A stretch of DNA of 64,000 nt from Camelus ferus (taxonomy: Eukaryota), in the NCBI RefSeq assembly GCF_009834535.1, contig NC_045697.1, positions 49,478,001 through 49,542,000 on the forward strand, in the 5' to 3' direction. The translations under genes were made by a program, and so were the position numbers. Shown piece by piece: positions 49,660 through 61,862 of this stretch. Each line of letters opens with the position of its first letter. Positions within the stretch are counted from its first letter, which is position 1. The notes beneath the pieces were generated by a model. It worked only from the letters and a program-made list of their open reading frames with translations. It was not told where the DNA came from and searched no databases.

Positions 49660-50850
49660 AAACTAGTTAGAACCAGTTAGGTGATAGAATGGAATACCCT
49701 GTTTACTATAGCAATAAAAAAAGATACAGTACTCAGGAACAAGTTTAATCAAAATGGTACAAGGAAAATTTAAAAACACTTCTAAAGAGCACAAAAGTTC
49801 ACACAAATCAACAGAAAGACACATGTTCCTAGAAAAACTCAAGATCATGAAGATATTAATTCCACACTAATTTGTAAAATTAATGTGATTCACATAAAAA
49901 TACCGATAGGTTTTTTTTTTTCCTGGAACTAAACCACCTGGTTCTCAAGTTCATATGGAAAAATAAACAAGCAAGAACAGCTAGGGAAACTGTAAAAAAA
50001 AAAAAAAAAAAAGTAAGAGAGCAATGAAGTGATACCATCTCATGAATAGACAGAAATCAAGGGATAGAACAGAAAGTCCAGAAATGATCCAGATACAAAT
50101 GGAAATTTAGTATATGAAAAAGATAGCATATAATCATTAGTGGGTTAGAGATAGACTTTAAAAATGTTCAGACAACTAGATAGTTTAAAAGATCAGAGGA
50201 CATCACACAACTTAGAGGAAAAATGGAACAAAAATTTAAATGCAAAAAAATGAAACCAGAAGTATGAGATGAAAATATTGGCAAATTCCTTAAAATCCTG
50301 AACTAGGGAAGGCCTAAGTATGACTTAAAATTGTAGAAGCAATAAAAGTAAAGTCTAATACAAAAACAAAAACAAAAACAAGAAAAAAAAAGAAAAAGAA
50401 AAACCCAAAACAAAACACCAAGATCAAATTAGGAAAAATAAATTTTTGAGTTATCAAAGACAAGGGTTAAGTTCCTCAATATGAATTTCTATAAACAAGA
50501 AATGATTAACAACCCAACAGAAAAATGGGCAGAAGATATCATATAAGAAAGGAGAGCTCAGGGAAAAATTTCCAATGATGTAAGAACATATAGAAAGTCA
50601 TTTAGCCTTTCAGGAAGAAAAATGTAAATTAAAACTCACTGAGATAACACTTTTCATCTATCAACAGATTGGCAAAAATACAAGTCTGACAACAGGCTGC
50701 TGTTGAGGCTGTGGGGAAACAGAAACCCAGTGGACTGTAATCCTTTTGCATTTCCCTTTGCAACTTTAAGTGCAAAATGGTATTAAGTGAAAAACAAAAA
50801 CAAAAACAAAAACCAACCAAAGTGCAGAACAGAGAATATACATTAAAAAT
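49660..50850 (+). mobile_element. Old L1 (L1M-type) remnant
   Basis: A-rich degenerate ORF2-like motifs (aagttcatatggaaaaataa, gaaaaatgggcagaaga); boundaries approximate. Confidence 0.6.
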
Positions 50851-53626
50851 ACTTCAAGATGTAGAAGAAACAAATAATTGGGGGACTAGGGCAGGGCAGG
50901 GCCAAGACTTCTATCATTTTGATTTCTAAACCACATACTACTCATTTCAAATTTAAAAGACTGAAGTTTTAATTCTAAGAGTGGCAGTATGGTGTCAGTG
51001 AAAATGACATTTGCTTGGGAATCTTCTGTCTTAACCTTGTACAAGTTCAATATGCTATGTGGGTCCCAATTTCTAGGAAACAGAGGTTGTTGGATTAAAT
51101 GACTTCAAAGAGGTTAAGAGGACAGGCTCTGAAGCCAGGACACCAGGTTTATATATGGTTCTAAAACTCAATAGCCATGAAACCTCAGGTAACTTCTCTT
51201 CCTCAACCTTAACTAGGGACAATAGTTAGCACCTATCTCAAGGATTCAATGGGTTAAGACATGCAAAGAACTTAAAGAACAGAGCATGATACATAGTGAG
51301 TGCTCTACAAAGGTTATAAACTATCATCATCCTTTCTAGCTCTGCATGGTTCTGTGACTCTCTACCTACTAGCATATTAAAGGCAGAACTAATGCCCTAA
51401 ATTTAAAATAGATGGCAGAAGTTTGAACTGGAAAAAGAAAAAATATATATATATATAATTGCAATGGTAATATTTTTTTTAAACCTCAGTGAAATGCAGG
51501 CTGCCCTTGTTTTGTTGTGTTCACAGAAATCCATACATACTGGAAACACACAAAGTGGAGACTCTGTAATAATGCTCTTTTAAGCATTATTATTCTAATG
51601 TTTATAAAGCCATGATTTATAATTTAGAAAAAATGGGAAATAATTAAATGTCCAAAAATAGGAAGATGGTTAATCGATTTATGGTATATCTATTTGGTGA
51701 AATATTATGCAACCTTATAAAGTGAAATTGATTTAGTGTTTAAAAACAAGGAAAATACTTTAAAGAAAAAATGCACAATACAAAATGGTATCTAATGTGT
51801 GATCATTGCTATGTAAATAAACAGTACATAAGAAAAAAAAAGACTGAAATTTTATCAGTAGTTATCTTTGGGTAGTAGAATGAGGGACAATATTCTCTTT
51901 CTACTTTCTATTTTTTGAAATTTTCCAAAATGAAAAGAAAAATAAACTATTAAAGAGTGCAAAAATATTGTAGTATTTGTCCAGTGTACTATCATAAAAT
52001 GTTGAGAATAAAATAAATCCAAACAAAATCCTGATCAAGCTGTTCTATCCCTCCAAAAAATAAAATCAGAAATTGGGCAATAAAAACTATCAAAATATTT
52101 TATTTCAATGCTGTCTGATTTTCTGATGAATTCCTTACAAGATAAACACCTAGAACAGCTAAAAGAAAGCCACACTTCACTTTCTGACTAAAACTATTTA
52201 TATATTTCTTTGTATTTTTTTTTTTACAGGTTTAAGTTAAGAAAGAGCACCTATCTCCTCCTAACCCTCTAGAGCTTGTGAACCACTGACGAGATTTGGA
52301 AAAACAAATGAACACCGAAATTTAATTTCAGAGCATTCTGGGGGTTTAATTACTAGAAACCACAGACTTTGTAGGATGGAAGGAACCACAAACCAAATAA
52401 CTGAAACTGAATCATCTTATCTTTAATGTAAGTTATTATGTTGCCCTATTATATTTTCTAAATAAAAATCTCTCTTATTCCTACTTTGTGGATTTCAAGT
52501 TTAGTATTTTTACATTGCTCATTTAAAAAATATGAAAAGCTAACATTTTAAACTTCTGGTGTTTAAGTTGTAAAATGAGGTTCTAGAGTATTATGATCAG
52601 ATTAATTTTCTAGTGGTGGTCTCTGGGGACAGAGAATTAATAGGAAAGGAGCATAGTGGAACATTTTGGGATTATGAATACCATGTTCTCTATCTTGTTT
52701 TGGGTGGTGGTTACAGAGATATATTCAATCACCAAAAATCATCAGATTGAACACTCAAGTTCTGTGCTTATTACTATACATAAATTATACCCACCCAAAT
52801 TTCCCTTTTAAATGCCTGACATGTATACTTCTATAATACCTAATATCAAAATTCTACAGGCTAAAGCTGCCAAATACGTCTGTGTATGAGTAATTAACAT
52901 GTATTAAATCATGATCATACACAGATACAATCCCTAATGGGACCTCAGTCATACTTCCCACATTGCATGACTGACACAGGCCCAAATATGGATATTAAGG
53001 TACATGCTGTTTTTGCCAAATACTCCACAAAACAAATCAAAACCAAACACAAATCACACTCTATCCCCACATGCATGAAAAACTAATCCCCAGTGGTAGT
53101 GTAGCATATGGGTTATATCCAGAATAACCCAGAATATTTAATTTAAACTCTTTCAAATTAGAAAATTATAATTACAATTATACATTTTCAATAATCTAAT
53201 ATAAAAGACATCACATTCTTGCATATAGTGATTAACTAAAGACAAAATTCTTAATCCTAAATTTTAGTACCTTTGAAATGGTTTCACTGGAAACAAATAA
53301 GCAAGCTTGGGTGAAAAAACAAACACACACACAAAAAGATCAAAGAACCAAAACCACAGAATTTCAGAAAGTGCGAGCACCCCCAGAAGCAGCACAAGTA
53401 CAGCTTCAGATTCTCACTCCCACAGTCCTTAGTCACACCACTAGGAAACCCCGCAGAGAAAAACTGGAGAGTCACTTACGATAGGTATTAACCTGCTGAC
53501 ACGTAGGAGTGTGAGTAGAATACAACTTCAACAAGCAGTTAAAAAAAACCAATCAGCAAAACCCAAGACAAAGAAAAAGCCTTGCTGTAGGAGGAAAATG
53601 CCTAAGCTCAAACAAGTGATACATAC

Positions 53627-53647
53627 CCGTCGGTCGATCTTATCACC
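53627..53647 (-). CDS. USO1: USO1 alternative 21-nt microexon GDKIDRR
   Basis: ttgcag|GGTGATAAGATCGACCGACGG|gtatgt; matches the insertion recalled from longer p115 isoforms. Confidence 0.9.
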
Positions 53648-55037
53648 CTGCAAATTATACATTAAAAATTATTCATAAATGTTACTGCTTTAGAAAAAAA
53701 TATTTAAGTCCAGAAAAATCCCTCAAATACAATCTCTCTAGAAACCCAAGCCAATAATTTTGAGACAGGATAGTTCTAGTCTTTTGCTATACAACAATGT
53801 ACATACATTTTAGAGGAGAAAGGATAATTTTATAGCACTGTGATTACTTAGAGTGGGAATATATCACTATTTTGAGGACTTCTCATTATGCATCAATTGT
53901 AATTGCAATGTTACAGCAAAGTGTGTGGTGATGGTGGTCGGACACTTAATTACTGTTTGGCTTAAGAAAAGTTGTTTTCAACACACAGCAACATGAGAAA
54001 GACAAGTATTAAATAAGAAAGGATACGAATATTTTGGGGTAGTTTTAAAAAATCACTCAGAGACAAATGATAAATGTAAAATAGGCTTTTAATCAAAGTA
54101 AATTAACCCTAAGCAACAAAGGAAGTGTTCAACTCCCTTCTCACTACAGTTAACTTTTAAGCCTTCATTTATAACTTCCTATGGACGGCACGGATGTTTC
54201 TTTAAAAGTTCACAATAAAATGGTTCAATGAGTGTGGCAAAATAAAAATTAAGAAGGACTCCGCATATTATTACAGGGAAGGGACAGGATAGTATCAGTG
54301 GATAGAGCAATTTTACACTTAGGTAAGTCTGAAAATGACTGAATGTTGATGACTTCATAGTTTTGCTAAAGTATGAACTTAGACTGTTTAACAGCAAGGC
54401 TGGCAAATGAGGGCAAATCATCTAATGACAGTAAGGGATATTCCTAAATGCCTTTGCATCCACATTTCAATGAAGTTTCACTGTTTTCATTAGGATTCTA
54501 AAGGAATGCAAACATTTTTACTTATGTTTATCTACATCTTACTAGGTAAATTATATGCCCTGGGGTTTGGAGGATCTGAGAGCTAACAAACATCAAGAGC
54601 ATACTGTGTAACTATACAAGCAATGGACTGGCATTCTGTTTTTGTTTTCTGAAAGGAAGATCAATTGCTCTGGGAAGAGAAAGAGGAGGTACACAGCTAT
54701 GAACCAGTCTATTCTATTCCCTCTCATAAACTGACCTGAATTCAGCTACTGAGCAGAGGGAGAAAACGACATGCAAAATAAGTGTGGGTGATATAAAAAG
54801 AAACCAAATCCAAAAAAACCACCTTTCTGCCCAGAACATGTGTTTTCTTCATGATGCAGATGGACCTTACTCACTATTTCGCAAAACCATTCTTATAAGG
54901 GTATTTATTGCTTTCTCTCCCCAAAACTGTTTCTGGTGACAGTGAGCTAATGAGCAGTCCTTGCCTCTTTTTTCACCTGCATCTACAACAGACATCCTTA
55001 AATTTTTGTATCATTGACATCAAAAAGGCTACTTTAC

Positions 55038-55249
55038 CTGTGAAAGGATGTTGGTGCACTGTTGCAATAAAGAAACTGGAGGGTTGCCGATACTTGTGGC
55101 AAGTTGAACCCTGAGCAACTGTTCTTTCTGGGTAGCATTTTCTTGCAAAGCGTGGGCAAGGGCCACAGCAGCACACCAGTTTGAAAGTGAATCAGTAGAA
55201 AATAAACCTCCGCATAACAACTGACCAGCTGAGACTGAATTACCTGTTG
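55038..55249 (-). CDS. USO1: USO1 exon (A)TGNSVSAGQ...NILSQ
   Basis: 212 nt, overlaps ORF 55029-55268. Confidence 0.96.
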
Positions 55250-55681
55250 CTACAAAGATGGCAGACAAATGATAATAATGTAAAAATTAATTCTGTTGTT
55301 TCCTACTCACACAAAAATTGTATGAAATACTCTTTAAAAATGTGTTAATTAGTAGTATTAAATAACACTTTCAAAAGTCTGTTTTTCAAAACAAACTGAA
55401 AGATGACAAAAAAGTACCTTGGAAAAAAAGTAGCACAATAAAAAAATATAAGGACACTTAAAGAATTGAATTGATGGTGGTAATAGTCCAGAAAATTATT
55501 ACCTTAACTAAAAACATTTCTAAAGCAAATTCAAGGAAACACCATATTTAAAATATTCTACTACATTCTAATATTCTATATTTAAATTAATCTACTACAC
55601 ATTTATGGTATACTGTGCTATTAAAAGCTTAAAAGACGATTACTTACTTTTTAAAACAGAAATTAGAATTAAATTATTTAC

Positions 55682-55836
55682 CATCAATGGTGGAAGGTAG
55701 AAGCGTTGCCACAATTTCCCCTTGTCCTTTCTGGTTTTTATATAAGAAACACTGGAAACAATAGAGAACAGCACAGCGCAATACGAATGGCTGCCTTTCA
55801 TTAACCATGGACATGAGAAGCACTACAATGGCTGGT
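55682..55836 (-). CDS. USO1: USO1 exon (R)PAIVVLLM...PSTID
   Basis: 155 nt, overlaps ORF 55674-55886. Confidence 0.96.
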
Positions 55837-56230
55837 CTGTTGCATGTAAAAAGAACAAAGAGAAACACTGCAATCCAGGTATACAAATCAAGAATTAGTC
55901 ATTTTGTTGACTTTTGGTCATGGCCATAACAACAGCAAGTAAACTATTTTCATTTCCATGTCACAGAAAAGAAAACTGCAGCTGCGAGAAATGAAGTGAT
56001 TTGTTTGCGTAAGGCACACAGCTAGCAAGTGATACCTCAGCCCAAATACGTCAGTTCCAAAAGACTGCAAATTCTTAAAATACCAACATATTTATCTTGT
56101 CAGATATTTTCTACTTTCAAAACACACGACTGAACTCCTTAAAAGAATAAGATGTGTATATGAGATATACTAAAAACCCCAAATAAGTTTTTACTTCCTC
56201 TGTGGTGTCTCAGTATTTCCCTTTTCCTAC

Positions 56231-56319
56231 CTCGGTGGGTTTGAAGGTGCATTTACAGATGCAAAGTAGTCTTGGTTTACTTGGCAGCCTCGAATAACTT
56301 CTGATACAGTATTAATGGT
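56231..56319 (-). CDS. USO1: USO1 exon TINTVSEVIRG...SNPP(R)
   Basis: 89 nt, AG/GT boundaries. Confidence 0.95.
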
Positions 56320-58174
56320 CTGTAATGGGAGGGGGTGGGGTAGAAAATTTAGAGAAAGTCAGTCAAAGGAAAAAAAACCTGTTTTCAAAAGAAGAAAATG
56401 TTATATTCTTCTGCTTTTTCCTTTAAAATGCCCAAACTTAGACATCATATAAAATCAGTGACAGTATTATACCCTTGTAACATTTTCTTGAGGTAACATT
56501 TCAAAACATTAAGCATAGGCCTCCAAACATGAAGTGTAAAAAGAACACTTGACCATATGCATTTAAAATCTCAAAAACCCAAAATTAATATCCTCTAAGA
56601 GACAGAATCTATTTTTACAAAAGAAGAAAAAGATGCTTAAAAATAAAATCAGAGAACAAATTTAAAATGTAATAAATTAAAAATTCAATTTAAGGATGAA
56701 GTTGGAAAAAATCTCTAAAAAAAAAAAATAATAAAAAGACAAACTGGGTCCAGAAACTCCAATAATCTAATAATAGACTTGCAAAAACGGAACAGAAAAG
56801 AAGAAATTGTCAAGGAACACATAAAACATCCTTAGAACTGAAGCACATATGTCTCTGGCTTGACAGGGCCCAGTGAGTGCCAGAAATTATTAGGGGTGTG
56901 GGTGGGGTCTGTAGTACAGCCTATCATCAGGAAATTTCAGAAAATTAGAAACAAAGAAAGGATCCCAAAAGATTCTAGAGAAAAAGCAGGTTACATAAAA
57001 CGGATTAAGATTCAAAATGGCTTCAGATTTCTTAACATTAACACTGGAATAATGTTCTGAAAGTTGAGCATTAATGATTTCCAATTCTGAATTCCATATC
57101 TAACTAAACATTAGTTAATTCTGAAGGTGAAGGAATGACATGAAAGAACTAAAAACAAATTATCTTGCCATTTACCCCTTTTCAGGAAGGCTACGTAAAA
57201 TAAAATCTGAACCCAAGGGTGGGAGAAAAAGACAGAGAATCCAGATAACCAAGGAGAGAGAGGTAAAAGGATCCTAGGAGGATGGCAAAGGAAAGTTCAG
57301 GGTAAGAGCTGTGTGGCAGAAGTACAGAATAACCAGCCAATATTGGAGCAGGAGGATGAGGGCTTCCAGAAGAAGGTCTGGGAGGGGGAACAATGTGTTA
57401 AGCATGAGATAGTATGAATACGCATAGATACACAGAAAATCAGTAAAATGAAAAAAGAATACTTCTATAACTCAGGAAAGAAAAAGTGATATAAAAAAAG
57501 ATTTAAGGCTCTGTTTGGCTTAGCAGGAAACAGTATTTATATAGTCATAAAACTATAAACCCTGATTATTGATTTAAATGTAAATTACTGGGTTGACAGG
57601 AGGAAGTAAAGTGGGAGGGTTATACGGGGGAGGGGAAATGGGACTTAAGGTAGGGAGGAGGGAGTCTGAAGACAGCCATTCTCATAACAAAACTTTTATT
57701 AACTGTGCTTTTAATGTGCATGTGTTAATTTGAGAAAAAAAATTTAAAGAAACCTTTTGTTTCTTCAAACTAACTTCTTTTTCTTAATAGGTAGGAAACA
57801 GAAAATGCCATACATCAAGGAAAAAGAATTTATTATTCTACAAATAATTAACACTCAAGTCTTACTTGATCAAGTCATCCTGTTCTCAAAATTAAAAATG
57901 TAAATTATACTGCACACGCCTGTTGAATACAATAAAATTAGTAAGAAACCTTCTAAGCTTTAACATTATTTATCTACTATTAAACTTGAGGAACCAATAC
58001 ACCTTTTGGAATTGATACTGTCATCATTATGCTAATTATACTTTAGTAGGATCAGTAAGGAATTTAACATACAAGAATGGTTAAGTTACTGTTTTTCCTT
58101 CAGCTGATATCTAATTCTTCCTAGGCCTCCTGATTTCACCTTCACAGAGTAGCCTCTGCCTTCATTTGGTTTAC

Positions 58175-58315
58175 CTCAGTCAGGATATCAGCAGGAACGC
58201 CAGTGGCCATGAGGATAGTGCAGAGCTGCTGTAGTAAGCCACACTGGAACATAGCTTTCTGGCAGCTACTGGTAGCACCAGGAGGGTTGTTGGGAGATAC
58301 CAGTACACGAACAAG
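58175..58315 (-). CDS. USO1: USO1 exon LVRVLVSP...DILTE (most 5' exon in the window)
   Basis: 141 nt, armadillo head domain of p115; upstream exons lie beyond the window end. Confidence 0.96.
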
Positions 58316-59549
58316 CTGCGAGAGAAACAGAACACAAAATCTGTCTTTTAAAGATCTGGAAAGTCTCAAGACAAACTTGATCTATATGGGCAGAAGATCT
58401 ATGTGGAGGATTCCCTCATCATTCAGCCAGATCTAGGAGCTGTTTCCTTCATTCTCTCCTGGCCATAGTTCTGTTCCTGTACATACCACATTATGCTATT
58501 TGCTTATCTCCTTCAGGATTGTGAACTCCCACAGTAGAAACTTCCTCAGTTATTTTTGTACCCCAAAAACCAAGCAGGGTACTTGTAACACAGTCCATAA
58601 TCAACAAATGAATGAATGAATGAATGAATGAAGTAACAGGGTGGTAGATTTCTTATGGAAGTAAGGATGAACGACCTAATCACAGAGCAGGACTGAAAAC
58701 AGAATGGCCTGAGGTGTGATAAAACTTCCCCTAAACTGGAAATATTTAAAGAGAGGCTAAAAAGAACTGGAGACATGGTAGGCAAGAGGTTGGCCTTGTT
58801 GACAGTTGTTGAATGCTAATTCAATCTCTAAGATGCTATGAGAAGTTTGACCCTAAACATAAAATTTCAGAGATGTGAAAAATGTCATTCCAAACAAGTG
58901 TTCAGCAGAGTTACATCTTCAGAATAATTTTACATACACATTATCTTACATTTTAAAACTAGTTTATATGTATATGCATGTACAAAACCTTGTATATCAA
59001 GATCAAATGGTCTATTTATTACACATTAGCACATTAATGAAAAGTGCTATATAAATGTTACCCATTATTTTATAGTAACTATGCAGGGGTAATCAACACT
59101 ATAAGAGAAGACTAAAGAGGAGATACAAGAGAGACTGAAACAATTTTATTACTGTAGCTGGTGCATATTATAGATAATGACTTCACCAAGTAGGGGACTT
59201 TTTTTGTTGGAGAGAAAAAACATAAAAAATAAAATTCAGGCAAGAAAAGTGCTATTTTTATTGTTGGTGAATAAAAAGGTGACCAGTAATAACCACAATT
59301 TGTGAAAAATTCAATTAGTAGTTAAATCAGTGAATTATGAAGGATTAGAATAGTTAATGTTTCCACATCTGGCTTAACAGACATTCTCAAAGAGACCTGA
59401 CTAATAACTGGTATCACAGGAGAGAGGCTTTAGGACTACACATTAGTTCCTGTTCTTGGATCTTCCTAGTTAGACTTCTGTGGCTTTTGGGGTTTTTTTT
59501 GTTTGTTTTTAAAATTTATTACCCTCCTATTCCTACTTTTTAAAAAATA

Positions 59550-61862
59550 CAGGCATACTTCAGAGATAATGAGGGTTCTCTTCCAGACCACAATTAAGCA
59601 AGTATCGCAATAAAGCAAGTTCACATGAACCTTCTGGTTTTCCAGTGTAAATAAAAGTTATGTTTACACTATGCTGTAGTCTATTATGTGTGTCTAAAAA
59701 ACAATGGATATACCTTAGTTAAAAAATATTGCTAAAAAAAGGCTGACCATCATCTGAGCTTTCAGTGAGTCACAATCTTTTCAATGGTGGAGTCTTCGCT
59801 GATAGCTGCTGACCAATGAGGGTGGGGGTTGCTGAAGGTTGACATGGCTGTGGCAACTTCTTAAAATAAAACAATAATAAAATTTACTGCATTAGTTTTC
59901 TTTTTTTTTTTTTCATGATTTCTCTGTAGCATGCTATGCTGCTTGATAGCATTTTCCCACAGCAGAACTTCTTTCAAAATTGGTATCAATCCTCTCAAAT
60001 TCTGGCAGTGCTTTATCAACTAAGTTTTTGCAATATCCTTTGTTGCCATTTCAACAGTCTTCACAGCATCTTCACCAGGAGTTGATTCCATGTGAAGAAA
60101 GCACTTTCTCTGATCATCCATAAGAAGCAACTCCTAATTCATTAAAGTTTTACCATAAGATTGTAGCAATTCTGTCACATCTCTAGGCTCCATTTCAAAC
60201 TCTCTTGCTATTTTCACCACATCTGCAGTTACTTCTGCCACTGAAATCTTGAACCCCTCAAAGTCATCCATGAGGGTTGGAATTAACTTCTTTCAAACTC
60301 CTGTTAATTTTTATATTTTGACCTCTTTCCATGAGTCACAAATGTTCTTCATGGCATCTAGAACGGTGAATCTTTTCCAGAAGGTTTCCAGTTGCCCAGG
60401 TCCATCAGAGGAATCACTATCTATAGCAGCTATAGTCTTATGAAATGTATTTCTTATATAAGAAGATCTGAAAGTCAAAATGACTCCTTGATCCATGGGC
60501 TGCACAATGGAGGTTATATTAGCAGTCATGAAAATAATGTTAATCTCTATGTACATTTCCATCAGAGCTCTTGGGTGACCAGGTACACTGTCAGTGAGTA
60601 GTAATATTTTGAAAAGAATCTTTTTTTCTGAGCAGTAGGTCTCAACAGTGGACTTAAAATTTTCAGTAAACCATGTTGACAAGATGTGCTGTCATCTAAG
60701 CTTTGTTGTTCCATTTGTAGAGTACTGGCAGGGAAGATTTAGTATGTATTTCTTAAGAGCTATAGGATTTCTGGAACGGTAAATGAGCACTGGCTTTAAA
60801 TTAAAGTTGCCAGCTGCTTTAGCCCTAACAAGAGAGTCAGCCTGTCCTTTAAAGCTCTGAAGCCAGGTGTTGACTTCTCTCTGACTTCTCTCTAGCTACA
60901 AAAGTCCTAGATGGAGCCTTATTCCAATAAAAGGCTGTTTCATCTACACTGAAAATCTGTTGTTTAGTGTTGCCACCTTCATTAATGATCTTAGCTAGAT
61001 CTTCTGGAGAACTTGCTGCAGTTTCTACATCAGCACTCGCTGCTTCACCTTGTATTTTTACGTTATGAAGATGGCTTTTTTCCTTAAACCTGATGAACCA
61101 ACCTCTGCTAGCTTCAAACTTTCTATCTGCAGCTTCCTCACCTCTCTCAACCTTCACAGAATTGAAGAGAGTTAGAGCCTTGCTCTGGATTAGGCTTTGA
61201 CTTACGGGAATGTTGTAGTTTGTCTGATCATCTATCCAGACTACAAAAACTTTCTCCGTATCAGCCATAAGGCTGTTTCACATTCGTGTGTTCACTGGAG
61301 CGGCACTTACATAATTTCCTTCAAGAACTTTTCCTCTGCATTCACAACTTGGCTAACTGGTGCAAGAGGCCTAGCTTTTGGCTTTCAACATGCATTCATC
61401 ACTAGGCTTAATCATTTCTAGCTTTTGATTTAAAGTGAGAGACATGTGACTCTTCCTTTCACTTCAACACTTAAGAGGCCACTGGTTAACTGGCCTAATT
61501 TCAATACTGTCCTGTCTCAGGGAACAGGAAGGCCTGAGGAGCGGGAGATGGGGGAATGGTCAGTTAGTGAAGCGGTTAGAACACACACATTTATCAATTA
61601 TGTGGCCATTGTTCGTGGTGCTTCAAAATAATTACAATAGTTACATCAAAGATCATTGATCATAGAACACCATAACAAATATAATAATGAAAAGGTCTGA
61701 AATACTGCAAGAATTACCAAAATGTGACAGAGACCCAAGTGAAGTGAGCAAATATTGTTGGAAAATGGTGCTGATAGAATTGCTCAGCAGAAGGTTGCCA
61801 TAAATCTTCAATCTGTAAAAAATGCAATTATCTGTGAAGCACAATAAAATGAGGTATGCCTG
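59550..61862 (-). mobile_element. Near-full-length Tigger1 DNA transposon with a disrupted pogo-type transposase
   Basis: TIRs CAGGCATAC.../...GTATGCCTG, TA TSDs at 59548-59549 and 61863-61864; ORFs 60849-61268 ([16 protein letters not shown]) and 60311-60682 (QPMDQGVI) are transposase fragments. Confidence 0.93.

Noticed and set aside
54018..54026. Second U12-like donor GTATCCTTT on the minus strand inside a USO1 intron
   Set aside because: No credible upstream exon; one 9-mer match in a window this size can arise by chance
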